A stretch of 64,000 nt of DNA, from NCBI GenBank assembly GCA_011087955.1, contig JAALKR010000005.1, forward strand, positions 13,381 through 77,380, given 5' to 3'. Both the position numbers and the translations under genes were made by a program. This document shows, one piece after another, positions 53,307-63,696 of the stretch. Each line of letters begins with the position of its first letter. Within the stretch, counting starts at the first letter, position 1. This DNA comes from Oligoflexia bacterium. GTDB taxonomy: Bacteria > Bdellovibrionota > UBA1018 > CAIPTA01 > JAALKR01. Under the pieces are notes generated by a model, which saw only the letters and a program-made list of their open reading frames with translations, was not told the origin of the DNA and did no database searches.

Positions 53307-54091
53307 TGGACGTTGACTCGCCAAGAGATGATACCTTAGCTGGAATATCAAAAGGGTTGCAATTTCTGGGCGGAGTCGGAGTTCTTACGCTCAGATCAGT
53401 GCTCTCTTTCCGTCGGCCTCCTTACTATTTCAAACAGACCCTAGATCAAATAAATATAGTTGGTGTGAACTCGATACTCCTTCTTTTTGTCACTGGCTTA
53501 GCCATTGGCTCTGTTATGGCATTGCAGTTCGGATATGGCCTAGAGAAATTTGGCGGCAAATTATACGTACCAAAACTTGTCGCTTTATCAATAATGCGCG
53601 AAATGGGGCCTGTTTTCTCTGGCCTGATGGTAGCTGCACGAGTTGGCGCCGGCATGGCAGCAGAAATTGGATCTATGAAAGTAACTCAACAGATTGACGC
53701 CATTCGTGCGCTAGGTACTGATCCAGTTAAACGTATTGTTGTGCCCAGATTAATTGCTTTAGTAATCGCGCTACCGTTACTCACTATTTTTGTAGACTTT
53801 GTATCAATTTTTTCTGCGATGCTAGTTTCTATCACAATGAACATTGGGCCTTACTTCTTCATTGAGAAAGTAATCAAAGCGACTCAACTTAGTGATATCG
53901 TCACAGGCGCGATTAAATCGATAACCTTCGCTTATCTAATTGTAATTTTCGCCTGCTATCGAGGATTAAATACTGCCGGCGGCACTCGGGGCGTTGGGGA
54001 CTCGACAACTCTAGTTGTTGTGGCCGCTAGTATTTCAGTCATGATTTCCAATTTTTTTCTTACCAAACTATTTATTACTCTAGGGTACTGA
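53306..54091 (+). CDS. mlaE: MlaE-family ABC transporter permease
   Basis: Conserved REMGPVFSGLMVAARVGAGMAAEIGSMKVTQQIDA signature. Confidence 0.85.
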   Translation: MDVDSPRDDTLAGISKGLQFLGGVGVLTLRSVLSFRRPPYYFKQTLDQINIVGVNSILLLFVTGLAIGSVMALQFGYGLEKFGGKLYVPKLVALSIMREMGPVFSGLMVAARVGAGMAAEIGSMKVTQQIDAIRALGTDPVKRIVVPRLIALVIALPLLTIFVDFVSIFSAMLVSITMNIGPYFFIEKVIKATQLSDIVTGAIKSITFAYLIVIFACYRGLNTAGGTRGVGDSTTLVVVAASISVMISNFFLTKLFITLGY

Positions 54092-54834
54092 TGACTCCTG
54101 AAAAAGAAATTGCAATCCAAGTCGATGGTATTTGCAAAAATTTCGGCTCTCGCAAAGTGCTAGATAAAATCAATGTTGCTCTTAGGCATGGTGAAATTCT
54201 TGCTCTATTTGGCGGCTCTGGGACAGGAAAGTCAGTGATTCTCCGGTCTATAATCGGCCTGGAAAAGCCCGATTACGGTCATGTTTGGTACAAAGGAACT
54301 GACTTAATTACACTAAATGAAATAGAGCTCTACGAAATTCGCAAGAATATCGGTTACGTGTTTCAAAATGGGGCCCTTTTTGATTCGATGACCGTGTGGG
54401 AAAATTTAGCCTACCCCCTAATGGAGCACACAGAATTAAGCGAAGAAGAAATCGATGTAAAGGTTCAGGAGATGCTCGATCTTATCCAGTTGAAAAGCAA
54501 CGACAACCTGATTCCTGCTAACCTTTCCGGCGGCATGCAAAAGCGTGTGGGATTAGCTAGAGCAATTATGCTACACCCGGAAATTATACTTTATGATGAG
54601 CCAACCGCTGGATTGGATCCAGCCAACACGAAAAACCTTCTCGATCTTATCAATAAGCTGAAATCCAAGGGCTCTACAGGTATATTTGTCACGCATGACA
54701 TACCTGCAGCGTTTGAAATTGCAGACCGTATTGCTATTCTATATAACAAGCACATTTATGTCGCAGATACGATAGAAAACATCAAGAAATCAAACGATCC
54801 TGTCGTTAAGAGGTTTGTAAGCAGCCACTCTTAA
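54091..54834 (+). CDS. mlaF: MlaF-family ABC transporter ATP-binding protein
   Basis: Walker A GGSGTGKS, signature LSGGMQKRVGLAR and Walker B ILYDEPTAGLD. Confidence 0.9.
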   Translation: MTPEKEIAIQVDGICKNFGSRKVLDKINVALRHGEILALFGGSGTGKSVILRSIIGLEKPDYGHVWYKGTDLITLNEIELYEIRKNIGYVFQNGALFDSMTVWENLAYPLMEHTELSEEEIDVKVQEMLDLIQLKSNDNLIPANLSGGMQKRVGLARAIMLHPEIILYDEPTAGLDPANTKNLLDLINKLKSKGSTGIFVTHDIPAAFEIADRIAILYNKHIYVADTIENIKKSNDPVVKRFVSSHS

Positions 54835-54849
54835 AAGATAGCAGAAATC

Positions 54850-55686
54850 ATGCAAAAAAAGTCGAACCCAGAGTTAAAAGCAGGCATCTTTGTCCTTAGT
54901 GGATTGGTACTTACCTTTATAGCCATTTTCATGTTGGGCAGCTTCCACGATATCGTTCACTCCCAATACGAAATAAAAGTAAAATTCACTGACATTGCGG
55001 GCCTTACCAAAGGCTCGATAGTACGTTCCGGAGGTATACAAATTGGTCGAATTAGTGAGATGGAGTTCAATAAGTCCTATGACAGCATCCTTGTAACGCT
55101 CCTATTGAAAGAGAAGTTCAAGTCGCGAATTCGTGAGAATTCAAAAGTGAACGTACTCACTCAAGGCGTTCTTGGTGACAAATATATTGAGATTATCAAT
55201 GGCTCACCGGAGTCTCCTATTGCCAAAACTGGGTTTGTCCTCGACTCAAATAAACCATCTGACCTGCGAAAAGTGTTGAAGAGCGGCGAATCGATTGTAG
55301 AATTACTCGAAAAAAATTTACAAAGCCTAAAAATAATTACGGAGTCTTTTGCACAAAATCAAAAGAGTGAGATCTTCTTTAACAATCTTACTGAGACATC
55401 TAGAAGCCTAAATTCAGTGGTAGCAGCCCTTAACCAAGGGCGTGGAGCACAAGAGCTCAACCACACCCTTAAAAATCTTCGCATCCTTACAGAAAAAATT
55501 AACCAAGGTGAAGGTACGTTAGGCGCGCTATTAAATGATGCGACTCTCTATGAAGATTTGAAGCACCTTATTGGGGGCGCTAATCGAAATTCAGTATTGA
55601 AGTTCTTTGTTCGTCAGGCGGTAAAATCTAGTGATGACAGCGAAAAGGAAAAAGTAAAGCCTGACTCTAAGAAGCCAAACCACTAA
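54850..55686 (+). CDS. mlaD: MlaD/MCE-domain substrate-binding protein
   Basis: N-terminal TM helix, then an MCE domain (GLTKGSIVRSGGIQIGRI). It lies downstream of mlaEF. Confidence 0.8.
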   Translation: MQKKSNPELKAGIFVLSGLVLTFIAIFMLGSFHDIVHSQYEIKVKFTDIAGLTKGSIVRSGGIQIGRISEMEFNKSYDSILVTLLLKEKFKSRIRENSKVNVLTQGVLGDKYIEIINGSPESPIAKTGFVLDSNKPSDLRKVLKSGESIVELLEKNLQSLKIITESFAQNQKSEIFFNNLTETSRSLNSVVAALNQGRGAQELNHTLKNLRILTEKINQGEGTLGALLNDATLYEDLKHLIGGANRNSVLKFFVRQAVKSSDDSEKEKVKPDSKKPNH

Positions 55687-55710
55687 AGTTATATGACTTC
55701 AAAAAGGATG

Positions 55711-57102
55711 CTAGTACAGCACCTGACGCTTCTTCAACTTCTCCACTAAAGTAGTTCGATTCATCTTTAAGAGCTCACTCGCTTTGTTCTTATTCCCATG
55801 AGTTCGAGATAACGCCTGGGCAAGCAGATGATCTTCAAAAGCTGTCACCAACTCCTTGAAGCAAACTCCCTCATCCGGCAGTTCAAAATCAGTAAATGAG
55901 CCACTTTGAGCGACTCGCATACGACTTCCAGAAAGAATTTTTGTTGGAAGATCTCGCAGCTCAACTTCACCAGTACCCTTTAGAATAACTATTCGCTGAA
56001 TTAGATTCTCAAGCTCCCGAACATTTCCCGGCCAATCATATGAAGCAAACGCATTAATCACCATGTCGTCCCGAATGAGAACGTCACACCCTTTTTCATT
56101 ATTATAGATTTCAAGGAAATGATGGATTAGTAACGGAACATCGCTTCTTCGTTCACGAAGAGGTGGCATAACAATTGGAATCACATTTAAGCGGTAATAT
56201 AAGTCTTCCCGAAACTGCTTTTCTTGCACGGCATTATCTAGATCCACATTAGTCGCTGCAATGATACGCGCATCCACTTCAATAGATTTAACCGACCCTA
56301 CCGGCTCAATCGATTTATTTTGAAGAACACGTAAAATCTTTACCTGAAGATCTGGTGGCATCTCGCCAATCTCATCAAGGAATAAAGTTCCATTATCCGC
56401 AGCTTTAAAGCGACCATCTCGATTGTTTAAAGCCCCAGTGAAGGCACCTTTTACATGCCCAAATAACTCACTCTCTAAGAGGCCCAATGGTATGGCACCG
56501 CAGTTTACCGGCACAAAAATTTTATCTGACCGAGAGGAGTTGTAATGAAGTGCCCTAGCAACGATTTCTTTCCCCGTTCCTGATTCACCAGTGATTAGAA
56601 CTGTCGAGTCGGTATCTGCTACTCGCTCCACAAGGCGGATAACTTTTAGCATAGGCTCAGAATCGCCAACAAAATTGTCAATTGCAAAAGTACGTTTTAG
56701 CTCACGCTTTAAATGCTTATTCTGCTGACTTAAGTTGCTATGCTCAATAGCTTTGTCCACAAGCACCAATACTTCATCAATATTGAATGGCTTTGTAACG
56801 TAGTGGAAAACCCCTTGACGAGTTGCCTCAATGGCTGATTCGACTGTAGCATTTCCAGTGATTATAATCGATGATTTACACTTCTGCTTACTCTGTAAGC
56901 TCCGAACTAGCTCTATCCCGTTGCCATCCGGCAAGATAAGGTCAGTGACCACCAAATCATATTCCTTATCTTTGGAAACAGCTTCAGCCTCTACAGATGA
57001 CTTTACCGTAGTGACCAAATAGCCTTCGCGCTCAAGGGACCTCGCTAAGGCTTTGCGAATAGAAACTTCATCATCGACAACTAAAACCGACTGTTTCGGC
57101 AT
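55711..57102 (-). CDS. Sigma-54-dependent response regulator (NtrC family), canonical
   Basis: Receiver domain (VLVVDDE...VVTDLILPD), AAA+ domain with GESGTGKE, an intact [15 protein letters not shown] and [10 protein letters not shown], plus a C-terminal HTH. Confidence 0.9.
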   Translation of the reverse strand: MPKQSVLVVDDEVSIRKALARSLEREGYLVTTVKSSVEAEAVSKDKEYDLVVTDLILPDGNGIELVRSLQSKQKCKSSIIITGNATVESAIEATRQGVFHYVTKPFNIDEVLVLVDKAIEHSNLSQQNKHLKRELKRTFAIDNFVGDSEPMLKVIRLVERVADTDSTVLITGESGTGKEIVARALHYNSSRSDKIFVPVNCGAIPLGLLESELFGHVKGAFTGALNNRDGRFKAADNGTLFLDEIGEMPPDLQVKILRVLQNKSIEPVGSVKSIEVDARIIAATNVDLDNAVQEKQFREDLYYRLNVIPIVMPPLRERRSDVPLLIHHFLEIYNNEKGCDVLIRDDMVINAFASYDWPGNVRELENLIQRIVILKGTGEVELRDLPTKILSGSRMRVAQSGSFTDFELPDEGVCFKELVTAFEDHLLAQALSRTHGNKNKASELLKMNRTTLVEKLKKRQVLY

Positions 57103-57319
57103 AAATTCCCTCCTGGTATACCGCCGAATCGCTGCCCGCCGCCAACGGGTTAATAACGGTCAACGAATAGATCCCACCATGGACCTAGTAAAAGGCTAGC
57201 AAAGTGAGTATTCACTGTCAAACTTCTGTCAACGAGGCCAAAAATCCTATCGACACCATGTAAACGCCCATAGAAGGCTTGCGCCAAATAACGGACTGTT
57301 CTATGTTGGGTCAAAAACT

Positions 57320-58906
57320 ATGAAATTCTCTGATCTAAATTTAAAGTCTGACCTTCTTTTCGGTAATATCGCGAAAATTGGATTTACAGACACCACCCCT
57401 ATTCAAGCAGCAGTAATTCCACTTGCATTAGAGGGTAAGGATATTTCGGGCCTTTCTCGTACAGGCACCGGCAAGACCTTTGCCTTCCTAATTCCTATGA
57501 TCGATGGGCTCTTAGCAGGCGCTAAGGATACCATAGCACTCTGCCTAGCGCCTACCAGAGAGCTAGCTCTTCAGATTGAGCAGGAAACTAAGAAGCTATT
57601 GAATGGAAGCGGTATTAATCCTGTTTCCACAGTTGGTGGAATGCCAATTGCGCAGCAGATTAAGGCTATTCGGAACAATGGGCGTTTAGTTGTCGGAACT
57701 CCTGGGCGAGTCATAGATTTAATGAAGTCTGGGATCTTCGCCACAGATAAAATAGCAATGCTCGTTTTTGATGAAGCTGATCGCATGTTCGACATGGGCT
57801 TCATCGATGACATGCGTTTTATTTTGAACCGAATAAATCAGGAGCGTCAAATTCTCTTGTTTAGCGCTACCATGAATTTCTCTGTACTCGATTTAATGTA
57901 TGAGTACAACTGTGATCCCGTCGAAATAAATATTTCAAAAGATAAGCTTACTGCAGATGGAATTACACAGTTCGTCTATCATGTATCTGACTTTGAAAAG
58001 CCAAAAGCGCTTATTCAGCTTTGTAGCCAAGCCAAAGACGGCAGCATTATTATTTTTGTTAATTATCGGGAAAAGGTTCTTTGGGTTACGGACATTCTCA
58101 ATGCAAACGGAATTCCTGCAACTGGGATTTCAAGCCTTCTCCGACAGGATAAACGAAATCGCATACTTGATGAGTTTAAAAAGGGCAAATTCCGCGCGCT
58201 CGTAGCCACTGACGTCGCTTCCCGTGGCCTAGACATCGATGATGTCTCCCTCGTTGTAAACTATCACTTACCTGAAGAGGCAGCTAATTATGTCCACCGA
58301 ATTGGAAGAACAGCTCGGGCCGGACGTTCGGGAATCGCCGTTGCGATTGCTGGGCCAGAAGACGGATACAATCAGTTACGAATTGAAGAATTTTTAGGTT
58401 CTAAAATACCAGTTAAGTGGTTTGAAGAAAAGGAATTGAGCCCAGACAACATTAAAATAAAACTAGATAGGGATGACAATATGAACAACTCACGGAACCG
58501 CACTTCAATAAGAATATCTGGAAGAGCTGGCGAACGAGCTGGTGAAAGAACTACTGGGAGAAGAGAGCAAGGTGGAAATAAGCGAGGCTCAAATCGCAGA
58601 TCAAATTCTAGAAATTCGAAAAAGGAAGGAAGAACCCGAGACGGGTCAGAATACTCTCGTTCTAATCAACCCTCAAATGATAACAAGAATCGTAGACACA
58701 GCCAAAACAGTGACTCTCAGGAGAAAAGAAAACCGCCATATCCAATTACTGGTAACCCGACTGTTTATTGTACTGTTACAGGGAAACCAAAGAACAGTCC
58801 TACGAATACCCCAACGGCTATCGTTGGCGACTATTCGAATGAAAAGCGTGTAAACATCCTGCAAAAGATAGGGTCAACGGTTAGCTCAATATTCGCAAAG
58901 AAATAA
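57320..58906 (+). CDS. DEAD-box ATP-dependent RNA helicase with Arg/Ser/Asn-rich tail
   Basis: Q motif, SRTGTGKT, DEAD (VFDEADRM), SAT and HRIGRTARAG. Confidence 0.9.
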   Translation: MKFSDLNLKSDLLFGNIAKIGFTDTTPIQAAVIPLALEGKDISGLSRTGTGKTFAFLIPMIDGLLAGAKDTIALCLAPTRELALQIEQETKKLLNGSGINPVSTVGGMPIAQQIKAIRNNGRLVVGTPGRVIDLMKSGIFATDKIAMLVFDEADRMFDMGFIDDMRFILNRINQERQILLFSATMNFSVLDLMYEYNCDPVEINISKDKLTADGITQFVYHVSDFEKPKALIQLCSQAKDGSIIIFVNYREKVLWVTDILNANGIPATGISSLLRQDKRNRILDEFKKGKFRALVATDVASRGLDIDDVSLVVNYHLPEEAANYVHRIGRTARAGRSGIAVAIAGPEDGYNQLRIEEFLGSKIPVKWFEEKELSPDNIKIKLDRDDNMNNSRNRTSIRISGRAGERAGERTTGRREQGGNKRGSNRRSNSRNSKKEGRTRDGSEYSRSNQPSNDNKNRRHSQNSDSQEKRKPPYPITGNPTVYCTVTGKPKNSPTNTPTAIVGDYSNEKRVNILQKIGSTVSSIFAKK

Positions 58907-58920
58907 GCTAAACTAAAAGT

Positions 58921-60564
58921 GTGCATGAAACGTCACACTTAACTTCAGTCGTAATAATATTAGCTTCATGCTTGTGTGCAGCAACAGTGTTGCATCGATT
59001 ACGTCAGCCTACTATTTTGGGCTTTATCTTAGGTGGCGTGTTAATTGGGCCTCCGGTATTTGACCTGGTTCCATATGAAAACATTGAGCTACTAGCCGAA
59101 ATTGGCGTGGGACTACTAATGTTCACAATCGGCCTGGAGCTCTCGTTACAAAAACTCTTCCGCGTAAAATGGATTTCTATTTTGGGCGGGTCGATAATGA
59201 TATTCACGATCGTCTTGATCACCTGGGGAGTTACTCGATTTTTTGGATGGTCGCCACTACAAGCTTTTGTCATCGGCTGTATTATTGCACTGTCTTCCAC
59301 AGCGGTTGTTCTTCGATTACTTGCAGATAGAGGCGAAGTCGGCTCAACTCACGGTAATATATCCACTGGCCTTTTGCTCTACCAAGACATTATTGCCGTT
59401 CCGATTCTGACGATGATTCCAATCATCGCTAAAGATAATACTTTTACTCCAACCGTCCTTTTCTCCCTAATTGGGCAATTTACAATCTATGTTCTCGTTC
59501 TTTATGCCGCAGCAAAGGTCTTGGTCCCTCAAGTATTAATGCTAATTGCCAAGACCCATAGTAAAGAACTTTTCTCAATCTGCGTGCTGACTGTTTGCAC
59601 TGTTGTAGCTGCCTTAGCACATCAAGTTGGGTTAAGCCTAGCCTTAGGTGCGTTCTTAGCAGGTCTAATCGTCAGTGAAAGTGATTTTGGCAATCAAGCT
59701 GCATCAGAAATTCTTCCGCTAAAAGAAGCCTTCTCCGCAATATTCTTCGCGGCAATTGGTATGTTAATTGAGCCTCAGTTTGTTTTTGACAATTGGGTTT
59801 TAATTCTAGCCACCAGCTTTGGCTTGCTTGCAGCAAAGGCAATTATTACCTTCTCCATTACATTCCTGTTTCGCTATCCAATTCAAACCTCAATATTTGT
59901 CGGACTAGGTCTGTGTCAAATTGGTGAATTCAGTCTGTTGCTTTTGATGGTCGCCTATAAGCATGACATTATCTCGACACTGACGTATCAAATTTTGTTA
60001 GCAGACTCGATCATAACTATTGTTGCCACTCCCTACCTCTTACGAACTGCACCTCAATTAGCATCTGCTCTGCAGTTCCTAGACAAACACTCAAATGCAG
60101 CACCAGAAGGTCTAGCAATTGCAGCTAAAGGCGCGATGCGCGGACATATTATTCTTTGCGGTTATGGACCTGCAGGTGAAATCATCCATAAGAAGATCAT
60201 AGCCTCTGGCCTTCCTGTAGTAATTATCGACCTAAACTATCGCATTATTCAAAAACTCAAAGCAGAAGGGCATCCTGCAATTTACGGAGACTGTTCATCT
60301 ACCAAAGTATTAGAAGCTGCTGGAATTACCCACGCTCTGATGCTGGCAGTGACTATTCCAGATCCGATTGCGATGCGAACGATTGTAAAGCGAACCCACT
60401 CAAGCCACCCGGACATACCAACTCTGGTCCGTGTAAAATATAACTCCGACCGGAAGAAACTCATCAGCCTTGGTGCCACCGATGTAGTCTGGGAAGAATT
60501 TGAATCTGGCCAAGAATTAGCTCGACGAATATTGAGCCGATTGCATTTTCCTTCTGGCAATTAA
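58921..60564 (+). CDS. Kef-type cation:proton antiporter with C-terminal TrkA-N (RCK) domain
   Basis: About 12 TM helices of the Na/H-exchanger type, then a Rossmann-like ILCGYGPAGE segment. GTG start. Confidence 0.85.
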   Translation: MHETSHLTSVVIILASCLCAATVLHRLRQPTILGFILGGVLIGPPVFDLVPYENIELLAEIGVGLLMFTIGLELSLQKLFRVKWISILGGSIMIFTIVLITWGVTRFFGWSPLQAFVIGCIIALSSTAVVLRLLADRGEVGSTHGNISTGLLLYQDIIAVPILTMIPIIAKDNTFTPTVLFSLIGQFTIYVLVLYAAAKVLVPQVLMLIAKTHSKELFSICVLTVCTVVAALAHQVGLSLALGAFLAGLIVSESDFGNQAASEILPLKEAFSAIFFAAIGMLIEPQFVFDNWVLILATSFGLLAAKAIITFSITFLFRYPIQTSIFVGLGLCQIGEFSLLLLMVAYKHDIISTLTYQILLADSIITIVATPYLLRTAPQLASALQFLDKHSNAAPEGLAIAAKGAMRGHIILCGYGPAGEIIHKKIIASGLPVVIIDLNYRIIQKLKAEGHPAIYGDCSSTKVLEAAGITHALMLAVTIPDPIAMRTIVKRTHSSHPDIPTLVRVKYNSDRKKLISLGATDVVWEEFESGQELARRILSRLHFPSGN

Positions 60565-60638
60565 GTATTAAGCCAACCCTCATCTCTTCCGACAGGGATT
60601 CTGCGGAGGGAACGTAGAACGCGAGAGGAAATCAGTAA

Positions 60639-62231
60639 ATGGCTAAGATACTAGTAGTAGATGATGAAGAGACAGTACGATCTCTTCTGAAACACGCTCT
60701 TAGGCGCAAAAGACACACCGCAGTGTGCCTGGAAGATGGGCTCCAAGCTGTCGCCGCTTATTCCGATTTTCGCCCTGATGCTGTAATTTGCGACATTGAA
60801 ATGCCGAGAATGAATGGCTTCCAAGTACTTGAGAAACTGAAGAGTGCTGAAGCAGCCGTAGCTCCGTTCATATACATTACAGGGCATGCAGAAAAATCTG
60901 TTGCAGTTGAAGCACTTCGTAACGGTGCTTTTGATTACCTGGAAAAGCCGCTCAAAATGGAGGAAGTCATTTTCGCCGTAACTCGTGCAGCAGAGCACTG
61001 GAGCCTAAACCACGAAAATGATCACCTAACAAAGAGATTGGAAGAAGCAAATCAGAAATTGAACGATCAATTGACGGCTCGTTCACAATTACTTCGCCGA
61101 ATTCAAAACTCAAGCGCTACTCCTCCGCTAGTGGATGCTCCATTGGCAATGGAAATCCTGGGTGAATCTCCAGCCATGGCGCAAGCAAAGGCATCAATTG
61201 AAAGGCTTACTAAGAGTGCTCTTGGCGCAAATATGAGCCTAATGATCACAGGTGCTTCTGGATCTGGTAAGAAAATCGTTGCAAGACTACTGCATGAGTT
61301 TAGTCAACGCAAAAACGGGCCTTGGGTGCCACTAAACTGTAGTGCAATTCCAGAAAATTTAATAGAAGCAGAGTTTTTCGGCCAAGAAAAGAGTGTATTC
61401 ACTGACTCTAATGAAAGAAAGCCTGGTGTTTTCGAAATGGCAAATACTGGAACACTTTTTCTGGATAAAATTGACAAACTACCTATGAGCATGCAAACAA
61501 AGTTACTTCGCGCGCTTCAAGAACAGCACTTCCATAGAGTCGGCGGTAAAAAAGAGATTAAGGTAAACGTACGAATAATTGCCACTACCAATAAGAACCT
61601 CAGTACTGGGGTGAAAAACGAGGAATTCCTTGAAGATCTTTTCTATCATTTGAATTTTTTGCCAATCCAACTGCCAACATTGAAAGATCGGGGTAGTGAG
61701 GAAATTCTTCGCCTAGCAGATTTTATGCTGTCTCAGACAATTCTTACTGCTGGTTTCGGACCAAGCGCATTCTCTGAGGCGTCCCGCGACCTATTGATTA
61801 GCTACGAGTGGCCAGGCAATATTCGTGAGCTTAAGTCTGTGGTTCAGCGTGCCGCGCTTTTAACGGATGGTAATCTTTTGACAGAACAGGCAATGAGGTC
61901 CGCTTTAGGCAAACATCCTACAGCGCCACTTGCAATGAGTAACCTTCTGGCTGTAGACGTGCGACCTGTGCTTCAGTTAGCAAGTGCTGCGCCAGGAGCA
62001 ATCGATAAATATGATGCCAAAAGCTACCATGAGTGGAAGCGTGCAGTGGTTATGGATATGGAACGCAAGTATTTGGAACGACAATTGGCTCGTTTCGAAG
62101 GCAACGTTTCTGCAATGTCACGATTTATGAAAGTGACTCGTCCTAACCTATGTCGGCTTCTAAAAAAGCATAACTTGAATGCAAATTCATATCGCGGAAA
62201 GCTCGCTGAAGTACAAGCCGAAGCGGCTTAA
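60639..62231 (+). CDS. NtrC-family response regulator with degenerate AAA+ motifs (GAFTGA and Walker B glutamate lost)
   Basis: The receiver (ILVVDDE...VICDIEMPRMNG), Walker A (GASGSGKK), WPGNIRELKS and the C-terminal HTH are present. In contrast, it reads FGQEKSVFTDS where GAFTGA is expected and LFLDKIDKL where LFLDEIGEL is expected. Confidence 0.85.
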   Translation: MAKILVVDDEETVRSLLKHALRRKRHTAVCLEDGLQAVAAYSDFRPDAVICDIEMPRMNGFQVLEKLKSAEAAVAPFIYITGHAEKSVAVEALRNGAFDYLEKPLKMEEVIFAVTRAAEHWSLNHENDHLTKRLEEANQKLNDQLTARSQLLRRIQNSSATPPLVDAPLAMEILGESPAMAQAKASIERLTKSALGANMSLMITGASGSGKKIVARLLHEFSQRKNGPWVPLNCSAIPENLIEAEFFGQEKSVFTDSNERKPGVFEMANTGTLFLDKIDKLPMSMQTKLLRALQEQHFHRVGGKKEIKVNVRIIATTNKNLSTGVKNEEFLEDLFYHLNFLPIQLPTLKDRGSEEILRLADFMLSQTILTAGFGPSAFSEASRDLLISYEWPGNIRELKSVVQRAALLTDGNLLTEQAMRSALGKHPTAPLAMSNLLAVDVRPVLQLASAAPGAIDKYDAKSYHEWKRAVVMDMERKYLERQLARFEGNVSAMSRFMKVTRPNLCRLLKKHNLNANSYRGKLAEVQAEAA

Positions 62232-62302
62232 ATTTCTGGTTTCATTTTTCAAGAATAAAGAACTTGTGCGCCGGAAGTGCCTGGGCTATTAATCCATACC
62301 CT

Positions 62303-62752
62303 ATGGCGAAGTCCCATACTACAAGCACCAAGCACCCGAGCGCCGGCCTCAGGGCCCTCATGAAACGTGGGGTAGAGGAGGTCATGGAGGCCGAGCTAGA
62401 GCGATTCCCAAATGGTGTAAAAAACCGAAAATTTAAGGTCGATCTTACCTGCCCGGAATTCACCTGTGTCTGCCCGGTCACCGGCTTTCCAGATTTTGCC
62501 ACTATACATATTAGATATGTTCCGGATAAATGGTGTGTGGAGCTTAAGAGCCTTAAGCTCTATATCAATCAATTCCGTGATAAAGGCGAATTCCATGAGC
62601 ATGTCACAAACCTAATCTGCGACGACTTTGTGAAGCTTCTGAGCCCGCATGAGATCGAAGTCGTTGGCGATTTCAATGTGCGCGGCAATATAAAAACGAT
62701 CATCACAGCTCGCCACGCTAAAAAGAAATTTGAAATTTTGATTGCGCATTAA
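62303..62752 (+). CDS. queF: NADPH-dependent 7-cyano-7-deazaguanine (preQ0) reductase, type I
   Basis: CPEFTCVCPVTGFPDFATIHIRYVPDKWCVELKSLKLY..FR....FHE is the QueF signature. The start is set at MAKSHT (62303). Confidence 0.85.
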   Translation: MAKSHTTSTKHPSAGLRALMKRGVEEVMEAELERFPNGVKNRKFKVDLTCPEFTCVCPVTGFPDFATIHIRYVPDKWCVELKSLKLYINQFRDKGEFHEHVTNLICDDFVKLLSPHEIEVVGDFNVRGNIKTIITARHAKKKFEILIAH

Positions 62753-62779
62753 CCCTACACCTACAGCCGTCGTGACCTT

Positions 62780-63109
62780 ATGAACAACCAAAGCTCTCGC
62801 GGCACTTGGCAAATCAAGCTACGCGGCAACAACAAGGTTCGTCGCGTTGTAGTGGTTGTTCGCACTCGTAACGACAGGGGGCCGGGCCGACCTATAACTA
62901 TTCAATGCTCTAGCTGGGACCACGCATACGCTCAATGTGACACTGGGAAACAGATCACTAGCATCCAGGTTCAACAGCAGCACTCTAGCTCTAGCGGTGC
63001 ATGTATACGAGGCAAGAGTTTTGGAGTCTACGGACGTTACATCTGGGTTAGCCAAGGTTGCCGTGCGACATTCCGAGTAACAGCTGGTGGACACGTCGCT
63101 ACTAATTAA
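62780..63109 (+). CDS. DUF3011-like cysteine-patterned small protein (single repeat, no obvious signal peptide)
   Basis: ITIQCSS....AQCDTGKQITSIQVQQQHSSSSGACIRGKSFGVYGRYIWVSQGCRATFRV matches the DUF3011 C..C...C..G.sWG...iWV..GCra.F pattern. Confidence 0.45.
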   Translation: MNNQSSRGTWQIKLRGNNKVRRVVVVVRTRNDRGPGRPITIQCSSWDHAYAQCDTGKQITSIQVQQQHSSSSGACIRGKSFGVYGRYIWVSQGCRATFRVTAGGHVATN

Positions 63110-63144
63110 CCATAAGCCTATTACCTAAAATATGTGGTAGCCCA

Positions 63145-63675
63145 TCACTCTTCTCCGTGGTGGGCTATTCTTGGTGAATCATTTACTTCGGCCCAAAGCA
63201 GTTTTCCATTAGCATTAAACATTGCCGATACCCAAGCCTCATTCTTCCATTCAGCGCGGAATTGCTGAAAAAATTGTAAAACCACGCCGCTCGGATCATG
63301 AATGATGGGGCCCCAAAATCCTGATTTCTTTTTTAGGTTCATCAGGTTGTCGCGCAGATTCCTAGACACTGGCAGAACGCGTACACCAAGCTTCTCAAAG
63401 CGCTCTTTATTCTCAACAATCTTCATAAAATTATTTTGCGTTTCAAAAGATACATTGTCAGGGAGATAATAAATTAGCGTTTTCTTCTTTTGTTCACTCG
63501 GCATTTGTCCGTCCGGAAATTTTACAAGGTCTCCACTTTCGTCCAAGAGCCAAAAATTCAAAATATCCATTTTCTTTCCTAATCGTTCCTGGAATCGCTC
63601 GTTCGAATACCAAATACCAGCGCCAACCGAGATCATAGCGGTGATAACCATTAGGGAGATGTTACGTGCTAACAT
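63145..63675 (-). CDS. Hypothetical membrane-anchored protein (thioredoxin/peroxiredoxin-like fold possible, no catalytic Cys seen)
   Basis: 176 aa with an N-terminal TM helix. The fold resemblance is weak and by eye only. Confidence 0.4.
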   Translation of the reverse strand: MLARNISLMVITAMISVGAGIWYSNERFQERLGKKMDILNFWLLDESGDLVKFPDGQMPSEQKKKTLIYYLPDNVSFETQNNFMKIVENKERFEKLGVRVLPVSRNLRDNLMNLKKKSGFWGPIIHDPSGVVLQFFQQFRAEWKNEAWVSAMFNANGKLLWAEVNDSPRIAHHGEE

Positions 63676-63696
63676 GGAAATATTGTATGCGAATGG

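Noticed and set aside
62232-62302. preQ1 riboswitch upstream of queF
   Set aside because: I read the leader and found no preQ1-I-type hairpin followed by an A-rich tail, nor any conserved core.
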